Shown: positions 9,989 to 19,843, numbered from the stretch's first letter. The stretch: DNA of 64,000 bases from Alphaproteobacteria bacterium (GCA_017511715.1 JAFWJF010000002.1:135781-199780), one strand, 5' to 3'. Translations and numbers: made by a program. The notes: generated from the sequence alone by a model not told the origin.

Positions 9989-10909
9989 ATGAAGACAGAA
10001 ATAAAGGCACCTCATGGACGAGAAACATATGTCGCCGATTTTGGCGAAGGCTTTGTCATGAAACGTCCGTTGCCTGAATTATCCCAGAACCAAAAAGATA
10101 AGTGGTTGATTAAACAACACAAAACCAAACAAGTTATTGATGATATTCGGGCAATAGGCAACCCTGTTTATAATATTCCAGCCATGGTGCATATCAAAGA
10201 TGATGAATATCAGTTATTGGAAGAACGCGCCAAAGGCGAACCTTTGACGTTTGATTTGTATTTTTCGCTAACAGGTCGTCAACGTTATGAAATTGTGACA
10301 AGTTTATCTCATTTCTTGGTTGATATGAATGAATTAAAACCTGTTCATGAAGAAGTCTTGCATAAAATTAGCGATGAATTGAAAATGCAAAGGCTGGAAA
10401 ATATTGTCGAAAACAAGATGCCAAAATGGTTCGATGTTGGTACGATAAAATACGTGTCAGATTTAGTAGAAGATGTTCAGAAATTCGAATATATTACAAG
10501 AAAAGCCTGGTCTCATTGTGATTTGAATTCTGGTAATGTGCTTTATGATGCCAATGCCAGCAAATTATATTTTATCGATTTTGCAGAAGCCAATTATAAC
10601 TTTATCTTTCGTGATATTTTTTCCCCGTTGGCAGTTGATTTGGGTATCTGCAGACGTTTATACGAAGAATATTTCAATTTGCACGACAAAGAAAAATATC
10701 GTATTTATGGGCCAAGAAATCCAGAAGCCTTGAATATTATGCGTTATCGCATAATAACGGTTTTATTGAAACGCTTTATAAAAGCCGGTGATGATTTAAG
10801 GCTTAATGCAGAATCTGAAAAAACAAAAAATAATAATACTGAAAAAGTTAAGTTTATGAATTCGCTTATATCCAGAATACAATATGTTGAAAAACAATTA
10901 ACCAGATAA
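9989..10909 (+). CDS. protein kinase-like / aminoglycoside-phosphotransferase-fold protein
   Basis: HCDLNSGNVLYD matches the HxDxxxxN catalytic loop. IDFAEA is in the DFG/DxD Mg-binding position. No signal peptide. Confidence 0.5.
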   Translation: MKTEIKAPHGRETYVADFGEGFVMKRPLPELSQNQKDKWLIKQHKTKQVIDDIRAIGNPVYNIPAMVHIKDDEYQLLEERAKGEPLTFDLYFSLTGRQRYEIVTSLSHFLVDMNELKPVHEEVLHKISDELKMQRLENIVENKMPKWFDVGTIKYVSDLVEDVQKFEYITRKAWSHCDLNSGNVLYDANASKLYFIDFAEANYNFIFRDIFSPLAVDLGICRRLYEEYFNLHDKEKYRIYGPRNPEALNIMRYRIITVLLKRFIKAGDDLRLNAESEKTKNNNTEKVKFMNSLISRIQYVEKQLTR

Positions 10910-10910
10910 T

Positions 10911-10937
10911 AAAAAATGCCCAAATGGGCATTATTTT
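10911..10937. terminator. bidirectional rho-independent terminator between convergent genes
   Basis: AAAAAATGCCCaaatGGGCATTATTTT, flanked by A-runs and T-runs on both sides. Confidence 0.65.
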
Positions 10938-11725
10938 ATGTTGGAAGTTTTCAATTGTGCAATAATTTGTTCTTGGGACGCTTTCATTGCATTATACATA
11001 TATCTGTAATAAGATTTTGAATCCCCGTTTGCCATATTAGAAATAGCTTTACGATAATGTTCTTTGTCGCTTTTGCGGTTGAACACAACAGGCCGATAAC
11101 CAAAATGCAACAAAGACAAATTCATAACCATTCGCGATGTACGTTTGTTATAATCGTCAAACGGATGCAACATAAGCAAATTATAGTGTAAATCAAAAGC
11201 GCGTAAAGGATATGGTTTTTTGCTGTTATGATAGTCATAAAGTAGATTTTCTAACAGTTGTGGGATCATAACAGGATCTGGGGTATGAATTCGTGCCCCG
11301 TTAACAGTTATTTCTAAGATTTTATCTGCATTTCTGTATCTGCCGGCAGAAACATTTGTGTCTTTGGCAATAAGGTAATGGATGTCGCATATGGTTGATG
11401 CCGTTATTATGGAATCGTTTTTGTGTGCCAATATATAATCATAAGCTTCGCCCAGGCCCCTGGTGCAACTGTAATCAAAATATGCAGATTGTTCTTTTGT
11501 TGGCATCCAAAATAAAACACGGGGTTCTGTATAAGAAATTTCATGACGCAACCAATTAAAATTATTTAATTTTTTTATGTTGGAACCAGATAACTTCCCA
11601 GAAATAATCTGTTTGTTGTGTTCAACAACTTCCTGAACGGACAGGTTTTTTGGCGAATATTTGTTTTCTGGTGTTTTTTTATTGTGTGTCATTTTTTTAT
11701 CCTTGTTTTTAATACTGTAGCACAA
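10931..11725 (-). CDS. Fic/DOC family protein (possible AMP/phosphocholine transferase)
   Basis: Fic core motif is present as the variant HPFDDYNKRTSR, versus canonical HPFx[DE]GNGRxxR. About 260 aa, mostly alpha-helical. Confidence 0.65.
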   Translation of the reverse strand: MCYSIKNKDKKMTHNKKTPENKYSPKNLSVQEVVEHNKQIISGKLSGSNIKKLNNFNWLRHEISYTEPRVLFWMPTKEQSAYFDYSCTRGLGEAYDYILAHKNDSIITASTICDIHYLIAKDTNVSAGRYRNADKILEITVNGARIHTPDPVMIPQLLENLLYDYHNSKKPYPLRAFDLHYNLLMLHPFDDYNKRTSRMVMNLSLLHFGYRPVVFNRKSDKEHYRKAISNMANGDSKSYYRYMYNAMKASQEQIIAQLKTSNIK

Positions 11726-11827
11726 ATAATCGTTTTGTCAATCATTGATAAAAAAGATAAAAAATCGTGTTGCACAAAGTTTTGTTTTTTATTATTCTGT
11801 GTCAAAGAAAGAGAAGGGGTGTTTTTT

Positions 11828-13315
11828 ATGAAAAAGTTATTGTTATTGTTGGCTTTGATTGCGCCGTTTGTTTGTGATGCCGCGCCTAAGAAAGAAAAAA
11901 AGGACGAACCTGTTGTTCATTTGACTGATGAACAGATTTATGATGAATTGAAAAAATTGGCATTGGTTTTTGAGACGGCGCGCGATAAATTTGTCGAAGA
12001 AGCAGACGAACGCAAAATGTTGGAAGGCGCAATGAACGGTATGTTGGCGGCGCTGGATCCGCATTCTTCGTATTTATCTTCTGATGATTTCAAGGAGTTT
12101 AACGATAAATCCCATGGTGAATTTGGCGGACTTGGTATCCAAATAACCAGTGACAAGGGCGCGATTCGTGTGATTTCGCCAATTGATGATACGCCTGCTG
12201 ACAAGGCTGGTATTAAGGCTGGTGATTATATAACTCATATTGATGGCGAACAAGTTTTTGATATGAATATCAATCAGGCGGTAAAAAAAATGAAGGGCAA
12301 ACCGGGGACTGCTGTTAAATTGACGGTTGTACACGATGGCAATGAACCAAAAGAGATGACGCTTAAGCGTGCAATTATCAAGGTTAAATCTGTAAAGTTT
12401 AGTGAAAAATCGGATGCTGCGGCAACAGATGATGAAAAGTTGCCGAAAATAGGTTATTTGCGTATCTCTGATTTTGGTGCGACCACGACCAAGGATTTGA
12501 AAGAGGCCTTGAAAGATTTGGAAAAGAAAAATGTAGCAGGCTATGTTCTTGATTTGCGTAATAATCCCGGGGGATATTTAACTGCCGCAATTGATGTAAG
12601 TGATGCGTTTTTGGATGGTGGTGAAATCGTATCTACGCGTGGCAAAGAAAAATCTGATATAGAAAGATTGTTTGCAAAGCCTGGTGATTTGGTAAATGGA
12701 AAACCTGTCGTTGTTTTGATAAACCATGGTTCTGCATCTGCGTCTGAAATTGTGGCAGGTGCATTGCAAGATAATGGACGTGCGATTGTTATGGGGTCGC
12801 AAAGTTTTGGTAAAGGCTCTGTACAACAGCAAAAACCATTGGGGGATGGATCGGCAATTCATATAACTATTGCGCGCTATTATACACCAAGCGGTCGTTC
12901 AATACAAAACGAGGGCATCACGCCTGATATAGAAGTATTGCAGAGTAAAGTTGAAACATTGGAAAAGAAAGAAGCGCTCTTTACAGAAGCAACTTTCAAT
13001 AATTCGCTTAAAAACGATGCTTCAAGCAAAAAAGATAAGTCTAAGAAAAAAGATTCTAAAAAGTCTGGCAAGTATGATGACGATGAAGAAGAGGAAGATT
13101 ATTTAAGTTTGTCTGACGAAGAAAAAGATGCGCGCGATTATCAGTTGCAACGTGCGATGGATATGGTGCGTGCTCTGTCCAAGATTGGCAAAAAGAATCT
13201 TGAAAAAGTCGAAGATGAACAAAAATCAGAACCTAAAAAAGAAGAAGTAAAAAAAGATTCTGATAAGAAAAAAGACGATAAAAAAACAGAACCTAAAAAG
13301 GATAATAAAAAATAA
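11828..13315 (+). CDS. ctpA: carboxy-terminal processing protease (S41)
   Basis: Signal peptide MKKLLLLLALIAPFVCDA, a PDZ domain (GIQITSDKGAIRVISPIDDTPADKAGIKAGDYITHIDGE), and S41 catalytic blocks (NPGGYL...GSASASEIVAGALQDNGRA..GSQSFGKGSVQ). Unusual K/D/E-rich tail of about 100 aa. The ORF-track start 11618 would overlap the fic gene and is rejected. Confidence 0.85.
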   Translation: MKKLLLLLALIAPFVCDAAPKKEKKDEPVVHLTDEQIYDELKKLALVFETARDKFVEEADERKMLEGAMNGMLAALDPHSSYLSSDDFKEFNDKSHGEFGGLGIQITSDKGAIRVISPIDDTPADKAGIKAGDYITHIDGEQVFDMNINQAVKKMKGKPGTAVKLTVVHDGNEPKEMTLKRAIIKVKSVKFSEKSDAAATDDEKLPKIGYLRISDFGATTTKDLKEALKDLEKKNVAGYVLDLRNNPGGYLTAAIDVSDAFLDGGEIVSTRGKEKSDIERLFAKPGDLVNGKPVVVLINHGSASASEIVAGALQDNGRAIVMGSQSFGKGSVQQQKPLGDGSAIHITIARYYTPSGRSIQNEGITPDIEVLQSKVETLEKKEALFTEATFNNSLKNDASSKKDKSKKKDSKKSGKYDDDEEEEDYLSLSDEEKDARDYQLQRAMDMVRALSKIGKKNLEKVEDEQKSEPKKEEVKKDSDKKKDDKKTEPKKDNKK

Positions 13316-13346
13316 AAAAGCAGGGCGCAAAGCCCTGTTTTTTTTA
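13316..13346 (+). terminator. rho-independent terminator
   Basis: CAGGGCgcaaaGCCCTG followed by T8. Confidence 0.7.
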
Positions 13347-13433
13347 TCGTTGCTTTATAAATATAATCTTGCCTTGACTTCGTAAAAGCAGTAATATTAA
13401 ACAAGAATAAATTTGTATTTAGGAATGGAAAAA

Positions 13434-16400
13434 ATGGCAAGGTTAATTGTAGATGGAAATTGGGCTGCGGCTGATGTTGCATATCGTTGTGTCGATTGTG
13501 CGGCTATTTATCCGATTACCCCAAGTAGTACGATGGGCGAATTGTCTGATGAATGGGCGTTTCAGCATAAAAAAAATATTTGGGGTGTTGTTCCTGAAAT
13601 AATTGAGATGCAATCGGAAGCGGGTGCCGCTGGTGCGTTGCATGGTGCGTTGCAAATGGGGGCGTTGGCGACAACTTTTACTGCATCCCAAGGACTTCTT
13701 TTGATGATTCCAAATATGTATAAAATAGCCGGCGAACAAACCCCATTTGTTATGCATGTTGCCGCGCGTGCGCTGGCAACACATGCGTTGTCTATTTTCG
13801 GTGACCACAGTGATGTGATGGCGGTGCGTAATACCGGGTTCGCGATGCTGTCTTCGCATAATGTTCAGGCGGCACACGATATGGCGGCGATTGCACATGC
13901 GTCAACATTAAAAAGTCGCGTTCCATTTTTACATTTTTTTGATGGATTCAGAACAAGTCATGAAGAATCTGCATTGGAAAGGATAAGTGATGAAGTTTTG
14001 CGAGAAATGTTGCCTGAAAAATTAGTTTTGGAAAATCGCAGGCGCGGTATGTCACCAGACAAGCCAACGATTCGTGGAACTGCGCAAAACCCAGATGTTT
14101 ATTTCCAAGGGCGCGAAGCCGCAAATATGTTGTACGATTCTTTGCCACAAATAGTTGCGGATGAAATGGAAAAATTCGCAAAATTGACCGGACGCAGATA
14201 TGGTGTGGTCGATTATATCGGGGATAAAAATGCCAAGTATGTAATTGTTTCAATGGGTTCAAGTTGCGAAACAATTGCTGAAACCTTGCCGTATTTACCA
14301 CGCGGAGTTGGTATGATATGTGTTCACTTGTTTAACCCTTTTCCGGTTGATGCGTTCTTGAAACTGTTGCCAAATTCGGTGGAACAAATTGCGGTGCTGG
14401 ACAGAACAAAAGAAGCAGGTTCAATCGGAGAACCACTTTACCAAAATGTGCGTAATATTGTTGATATGAAAATAAAAGTTTTCGGTGGGCGTTATGGTTT
14501 GGGGTCTAAAGAATTTAAGCCACGTGATGTGAAAGCCATAGTTGAATATATGATGCGTGGCGAATTACATCATAATTTTACAGTCGGTATAGATGACGAT
14601 TTGACACATTTATCACTTGATATAGATAAAACTTTCACAATTGAAAACAAAGATGTGCAGACTGCGGTACTTTATGGAATTGGCAGCGATGGAACAGTTG
14701 GGGCGGTAAAAAATATTGTGAAAATCGTTGGGGAAAATTCTGAATTGTATCCACAATCTTACGCGGTCTATGATTCTAAAAAATCTGGTGGAATAACACA
14801 ATCACATATTCGTTTTTCGTCCGAACCAATTAAAAGTGAATATTTGGTGGACAGTGCTGATTTTATTTGTGTTTCTAATTTTATGATTGCACAAAGGTTT
14901 GATGTTTTTTCCTCTTTACGTGCAGGCGGTACGGTTATGATAAACACTTCTTTGCCCCCAGAAAAAGCCTTTGCGAATTTGCCGCGTTCCGCACAAGAAC
15001 ACTTGATTCGTATGCGTGCAAATGTATATTTTCTTGATGCAAACGCTGCAGCAAATGAATTGGGCTTAGGCAATCGAATCAATACTTTTATAATGTTAAA
15101 TTTCTTTAATTTAACAAAAGTTATCAATCCGGATACAGCGAAAGATGCGGCGAAAGTTGCAATTGAAAAAACTTACAAAAAGAAAGGTATGGATGTCGTT
15201 CATGCAAATTGGGCGGCGGTGGACAGGGCAGAATCTTATCTGAAAAAATACAAATTGCCATCCGTTGTTTCTGAATCAGCACCAGATTTTATACCTGCAA
15301 TGACAGAAAATACCCCGTCTGAAATCGCGGGGACACTTGGTGAAATGGCGGCAGGGCATGGTGACGATATTCCGGTGTCGCGTTTCAAGGTCGATGGTGT
15401 GTTTGGTGGTGGGCAATATCCTGTCGGAACATCAAAATATGAAAAGCGTGCATTGGCAACACGTGTCGCAGTGTGCGATTTAGATAAATGCATCCAATGT
15501 GGAAAATGTTCGATGCTTTGTCCGCATGGCGCGATTCGTATAAAGGTTATGGGCAAAAACGAAATGCAGGCAGCGCGTGCAAACGGGATAACTGTTGTGC
15601 CGATGAAGACACCTGAATTAGGGGCTGGGTTATTTTATACATTAAATATATCACCATCTGATTGTACTGGATGTGGTTTATGTATGAAAAATTGTCCGGT
15701 GGGCGCACTATCTTTGGTGCCGATGGCGGATGGAATTAAAAACCAAAAAATATTTGATGCCGCATTAAATATCCCGGATATAGATAAACAAAAATTAAAT
15801 CTTAATATTCCAAAGCATGTTGAATTGTTGCCCCATTATTTCGAGTTTCCGGGGGCATGTGCAGGTTGTGGTGAAACGCCGTATGTTCGTTTAATGGCGC
15901 ATTTGTTTGGGGATAAGATGGTTGTTGCAAACGCAACAGGCTGTTCTTCTATTTATGGCGGTAATTTGCCGACAACGCCGTGGTGCAGTGATAAAAATGG
16001 TCGTGGACCGGCATGGTCTAATTCGCTGTTCGAAGATAATGCGGAATATGGTTTGGGGATGCGAATTGCACTGAATCAAAGGCGGTCTGCATTGCGTTCT
16101 GTTTTGTTCGAATTAGGCTTTGATAATGTTGAACAGATGATGAATACGGTCGGAACAGAAAATCAACGCGAAGTACAAAACAGTTTGCGTGTTCAGTTGT
16201 CTGGTATAGAAAATCCGCGTGCGCGTTATGCAGAAGGTCTGATTGATGCGATTGTTGATAAATCTGTATGGATAGTTGGTGGTGATGGTTGGGCATACGA
16301 TATTGGGTATGGTGGTGTCGATCATATTTTACACAGTGGCGAAAATGTAAATATTCTTGTTTTGGATACAGAAGGTTATTCAAATACCGGCGGTCAGCAA

Positions 16401-16931
16401 TCTAAATCTACGCCTTTTGGTGCATCGATGAAATTTGCGATTGGTGGCAAAGAACACGCGAAAAAAGATTTGGGTTTAATTGCCATGATGTCGGGTGCGT
16501 ATGTTGCACAAATTGCAATTGGTGCAAATCAAGCACAGGCTGTGCGCGCATTCCGTGAAGCGGAAGCCTTCAATGGTCCGTCGATTATTTTGGCGTATGC
16601 ACCATGCATTGCGCATGGGTTTGCGTTGCAAAACGGTGTTGAACATCAAATCAATTTAGTGAATACAGGTGCGTGGCCACTTTATAGATTTAATCCGTCA
16701 AATATTGAAAAGGGTCAAAACCCGCTGACCATAGATTCGCATGTTGGGACACCGTTCCCACTGGAAGAATTTATGAAAAGTGAAACTCGATTTGCGCTGG
16801 CGCGGTCAGTTAATCCTAATTTTGATAAATTGGTTGACGAAGCCAAGGCAAATAATTTATATAAAACAGAGCTAAAACAACATATTGCAAATTTTGTTGT
16901 GAATAAAAACAAAGACAACGGTGAAGGATAA
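13434..16931 (+). CDS. nifJ: pyruvate:ferredoxin (flavodoxin) oxidoreductase, single-polypeptide PFOR
   Basis: About 1165 aa. N-terminus ...DGNWAAADVAYRCVDCAAIYPITPSS..., two 4Fe-4S ferredoxin motifs (CIQCGKCSMLCPHG; CTGCGLCMKNCPVG), and a TPP-binding region GGDGWAYDIGYGG. AGGA RBS 9 nt before ATG 13434. Confidence 0.85.
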   Translation: MARLIVDGNWAAADVAYRCVDCAAIYPITPSSTMGELSDEWAFQHKKNIWGVVPEIIEMQSEAGAAGALHGALQMGALATTFTASQGLLLMIPNMYKIAGEQTPFVMHVAARALATHALSIFGDHSDVMAVRNTGFAMLSSHNVQAAHDMAAIAHASTLKSRVPFLHFFDGFRTSHEESALERISDEVLREMLPEKLVLENRRRGMSPDKPTIRGTAQNPDVYFQGREAANMLYDSLPQIVADEMEKFAKLTGRRYGVVDYIGDKNAKYVIVSMGSSCETIAETLPYLPRGVGMICVHLFNPFPVDAFLKLLPNSVEQIAVLDRTKEAGSIGEPLYQNVRNIVDMKIKVFGGRYGLGSKEFKPRDVKAIVEYMMRGELHHNFTVGIDDDLTHLSLDIDKTFTIENKDVQTAVLYGIGSDGTVGAVKNIVKIVGENSELYPQSYAVYDSKKSGGITQSHIRFSSEPIKSEYLVDSADFICVSNFMIAQRFDVFSSLRAGGTVMINTSLPPEKAFANLPRSAQEHLIRMRANVYFLDANAAANELGLGNRINTFIMLNFFNLTKVINPDTAKDAAKVAIEKTYKKKGMDVVHANWAAVDRAESYLKKYKLPSVVSESAPDFIPAMTENTPSEIAGTLGEMAAGHGDDIPVSRFKVDGVFGGGQYPVGTSKYEKRALATRVAVCDLDKCIQCGKCSMLCPHGAIRIKVMGKNEMQAARANGITVVPMKTPELGAGLFYTLNISPSDCTGCGLCMKNCPVGALSLVPMADGIKNQKIFDAALNIPDIDKQKLNLNIPKHVELLPHYFEFPGACAGCGETPYVRLMAHLFGDKMVVANATGCSSIYGGNLPTTPWCSDKNGRGPAWSNSLFEDNAEYGLGMRIALNQRRSALRSVLFELGFDNVEQMMNTVGTENQREVQNSLRVQLSGIENPRARYAEGLIDAIVDKSVWIVGGDGWAYDIGYGGVDHILHSGENVNILVLDTEGYSNTGGQQSKSTPFGASMKFAIGGKEHAKKDLGLIAMMSGAYVAQIAIGANQAQAVRAFREAEAFNGPSIILAYAPCIAHGFALQNGVEHQINLVNTGAWPLYRFNPSNIEKGQNPLTIDSHVGTPFPLEEFMKSETRFALARSVNPNFDKLVDEAKANNLYKTELKQHIANFVVNKNKDNGEG

Positions 16932-16935
16932 TCAG

Positions 16936-17364
16936 ATGAAAAAATTATTTATTATTTTAGTCTTAGCATTGACGGCGTGCACTTTTCAGACAAAACATCG
17001 TGGGTATGTTTTTCCAGAAGATTTGGAAACACGTGTTGCAAATATAAAAACCACCGCACAATTACAAGAAGAAATAGGCGACCCGCAAACACGTACCATA
17101 TATGGCGATGAAGTCTGGGTTTATTACAGCGCAGAAGAAAATATGCGTGGCCCATTCCCAAGAACTTATGATGATAAAACAGTGCTTTTGGTGTGGGTAA
17201 AAGGCGGACAGGTTGTAAAGACCAAGGTTTTGCATGATGCCGATTTGCCAAATGTTCGAATCGCACAAGGTGAAACAGAAATACCTGCGGCAATTGAATT
17301 AAATGCAATTGAAGAAATGTTCAATAATATCGGTCGTTTTTCGCCGGCTGGCCTTGGGCAATAA
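16936..17364 (+). CDS. bamE: outer membrane protein assembly factor BamE (SmpA/OmlA lipoprotein)
   Basis: Lipoprotein signal ...LALTAC, then ...HRGYVFPEDLETRVANIKTTAQLQEEIGDPQTRTIYGDEVWVYY... typical of BamE. Confidence 0.6.
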   Translation: MKKLFIILVLALTACTFQTKHRGYVFPEDLETRVANIKTTAQLQEEIGDPQTRTIYGDEVWVYYSAEENMRGPFPRTYDDKTVLLVWVKGGQVVKTKVLHDADLPNVRIAQGETEIPAAIELNAIEEMFNNIGRFSPAGLGQ

Positions 17365-17451
17365 AAATTTGTCCAAACGATTGTTTTTTCACAATTTTGT
17401 GCTATAATACCTCTATCAGAGGGAATGGCAAACGCAAAAGGTGTGTAAAAA

Positions 17452-18018
17452 ATGCCAACTAAGAAGTTAGATTTTAAGTCAGGACAATATGTCGTTTATC
17501 CAACCCAGGGTGTTGGAAAATTGTTGCGTATCGAAGAACAAACTGTCGGTGACCAGAAAATAAAAATGATGGTTATTGATTTCGAAAGAAATCATATGAC
17601 TTTGCGTGTCCCAGTGGAAAGGGCAGAATTATCGGGTTTGCGTCCTTTGAGCAGCGCCAAGAAACTGGATGAAGCGATTGCTGCAGCAAAAGGTAAGGCA
17701 GGGGCAAAGCGTATGATATGGGCACGCCGTGCCGCCCAATACGAAGAAAACATAAATTCTGGTGACCCAATGAAACTGGCAGAAGTTGTTCGTGACCTGC
17801 AACGCAGAAGTGCGGCGGATACAATGACTTTTTCTGCGCGTCAGTTGTATTTGCGTGCGCTGGAACGTATGGCGCAAGAGTTTGCTATTTTGCACAAAAT
17901 GGATTTAGAGGCTGCTTCTGATAAAATTGAAGATATTTTGGGTGTTCCAAAAGAAATAGATTTGAATGCTGTTGATGAAGAAGATGAAGAAGAAGCAGAT
18001 GAATCTGATGAAGAATAA
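17452..18018 (+). CDS. cdnL: CarD/CdnL family RNA-polymerase-binding transcription factor
   Basis: N-terminal FKSGQYVVYPTQGVGKLLRIEEQTVGDQKIKMMVIDF matches the CarD_CdnL_TRCF domain. Acidic D/E C-terminal tail. Confidence 0.75.
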   Translation: MPTKKLDFKSGQYVVYPTQGVGKLLRIEEQTVGDQKIKMMVIDFERNHMTLRVPVERAELSGLRPLSSAKKLDEAIAAAKGKAGAKRMIWARRAAQYEENINSGDPMKLAEVVRDLQRRSAADTMTFSARQLYLRALERMAQEFAILHKMDLEAASDKIEDILGVPKEIDLNAVDEEDEEEADESDEE

Positions 18019-18022
18019 TTTT

Positions 18023-18051
18023 GCGCGCCATTTTTAGTGGCGCGTTTTTTT
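18023..18051 (+). terminator. rho-independent terminator
   Basis: GCGCGCCAtttttagTGGCGCGC-like hairpin plus T-run. Confidence 0.65.
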
Positions 18052-18111
18052 CTTGTGTTTATTTGTTTTTTTCGCAATCATTGAAACATAGGCTTAACAA
18101 AGGAAGTTATT

Positions 18112-18555
18112 ATGGCAGGAAGTATAAACAAAGTGATATTGGTTGGTAATATCGGTCAAGAACCTCAGGTTCGTACTATGCAATCTGGACAAAAAGTAGT
18201 TTCTTTTTCTTTGGCTACATCGGACAGATGGCGCGACAGACAAACCGGGGAACAAAAAGAACAAACTGAATGGCATCGTGTTGTGATTTTCAACCCTTCC
18301 TTGGTTGATGTTGCGGAACGTATGTTGCAAAAGGGAACAAAATTGTATTTGGAAGGTTCGTTGCGCACGCGTAAATGGCAAAACCAACAAGGTGTTGATA
18401 CTTATACAACCGAAGTTGTTTTGAATCCGTATTCAGGTCAAATGGTAATATTGTCCGGGGCCAAGGCGATAGACGGTTCTGCAGAATCTGCCCCTGCATC
18501 TGCACCACGGGAAGAAGTTAATATCGAAGATATTGCAGACGATATTCCGTTTTAA
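18112..18555 (+). CDS. ssb: single-stranded DNA-binding protein
   Basis: [60 protein letters not shown]..., acidic tail ending DDIPF. Confidence 0.9.
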   Translation: MAGSINKVILVGNIGQEPQVRTMQSGQKVVSFSLATSDRWRDRQTGEQKEQTEWHRVVIFNPSLVDVAERMLQKGTKLYLEGSLRTRKWQNQQGVDTYTTEVVLNPYSGQMVILSGAKAIDGSAESAPASAPREEVNIEDIADDIPF

Positions 18556-18571
18556 TAAAAGTATGATTATA

Positions 18572-18606
18572 AAAAAACACCCACAATCGTGGGTGTTTTT
18601 ATTTTT
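18572..18606. terminator. bidirectional rho-independent terminator
   Basis: AAAAAAACACCCACAATCGTGGGTGTTTTTATTTTT. The identical hairpin core recurs at 56186..56216. Confidence 0.7.
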
Positions 18607-19843
18607 ATGATAATTTATGAATTACCAAGCCACTGCGCAATTTGGGTTCAAACCAAGTTGTCTTTGGTGGCATAATGTTGCCTGTGTCGGCAATATCAAT
18701 AATTTGACGCATTGTGACAGGATATAGCGCAAACGCAACCGCCATTTCACCAGAATCAACGCGTTTTTGCAATTCGCCCAGTCCGCGAATTCCGCCAACA
18801 AAATCTATGCGTTTAGATGTGCGTAAATCGCCCAGGTTTAATATCTTATCAAATACCAGGTTCGACAATACTGTTACGTCTAAAACACCAATTGGGTCAT
18901 TGTCATTATATGTACCAGGCTTTGCAGTCAACGAATACCATTTCTTGTTCAAGTACATTGCAAAATTGTGTAATTTGTTTGGATGATAGATTTCAGAACC
19001 CATTTCAACCACATCAAAAGATTCATTTAATTTTGCTAAAAATTCTGATTCAGTTAACCCGTTCAAATCTTTGACTACACGATTATAATCAATAACTTTC
19101 AATTGAGATTCTGGGAATATCACCGCAAGGAAATAATTATATTCTTCATCGCCTGTGTGATTTGGGTTTTGTTCTTTCTTTTCTAAACCAACGCGTGCGG
19201 CAGCGGCTGTTCTGTGGTGACCGTCTGCAACATAGAATGCCGGGACTTTCGCAAAGATTTCCGTGATGTGTTTATTTGTGGCATCATCGTCTATCTTCCA
19301 GAAAGTGTGACCAAAGCCATCTGGGGCAACAAAGTCGTATTCTGGTTCGTGATTTGCAATCCATTCAGAAACCAATTTGTTCATTTCCGCAACATCTGGG
19401 TATGCAAAAAACACAGGTTCTAAATTCGCGTTTTGAATGCGAACATGAATCATACGATCGTCTTCTTTGTCTTTGCGGGTCAATTCGTGTTTTTTTATCT
19501 TTCCGGTCATATAGTCATCAACATTTGCCGCCGCAACAAGACCGTATTGTGTGCGTCCATCCATCGTTTGTGCATAGATATAATACATTTCTTTGTCGTC
19601 TGTGACCAACCAGCCATTTTCTTGCCATTTCTTGAAGTTTTCAACTGCTTTGTCATAGGTTTTTTGTTCGTGTTCATCAGCGATAGGGTCAAAATCTATT
19701 TCCGGTTTGATGATGTGTAAAAGCGATTTTTCACCGGCCTCACTTTTTGCTTCGACTGAATTCAATACATCGTATGGACGCGAAGCAACTTCTGTCGCCA
19801 ATTCTTTTGGTGGGCGAACGCCCTTAAATGGTTTTATTTTCAT
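18605..19843 (-). CDS. DUF1015 family protein
   Basis: MKIKPFKGVRPPKELATEVASRPYDVL... is the typical DUF1015 N-terminus. AAAGGAAGA RBS precedes ATG 19843; the ORF-track start 19867 is 8 codons upstream. Confidence 0.7.
   Translation of the reverse strand: MKIKPFKGVRPPKELATEVASRPYDVLNSVEAKSEAGEKSLLHIIKPEIDFDPIADEHEQKTYDKAVENFKKWQENGWLVTDDKEMYYIYAQTMDGRTQYGLVAAANVDDYMTGKIKKHELTRKDKEDDRMIHVRIQNANLEPVFFAYPDVAEMNKLVSEWIANHEPEYDFVAPDGFGHTFWKIDDDATNKHITEIFAKVPAFYVADGHHRTAAAARVGLEKKEQNPNHTGDEEYNYFLAVIFPESQLKVIDYNRVVKDLNGLTESEFLAKLNESFDVVEMGSEIYHPNKLHNFAMYLNKKWYSLTAKPGTYNDNDPIGVLDVTVLSNLVFDKILNLGDLRTSKRIDFVGGIRGLGELQKRVDSGEMAVAFALYPVTMRQIIDIADTGNIMPPKTTWFEPKLRSGLVIHKLS

Noticed and set aside
11618-11827. 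Upstream start for ctpA at 11618
   Set aside because: It would overlap the convergent fic gene by more than 100 nt and encodes a hydrophobic nonsense stretch. The signal peptide MKKLLLLL begins at 11828.
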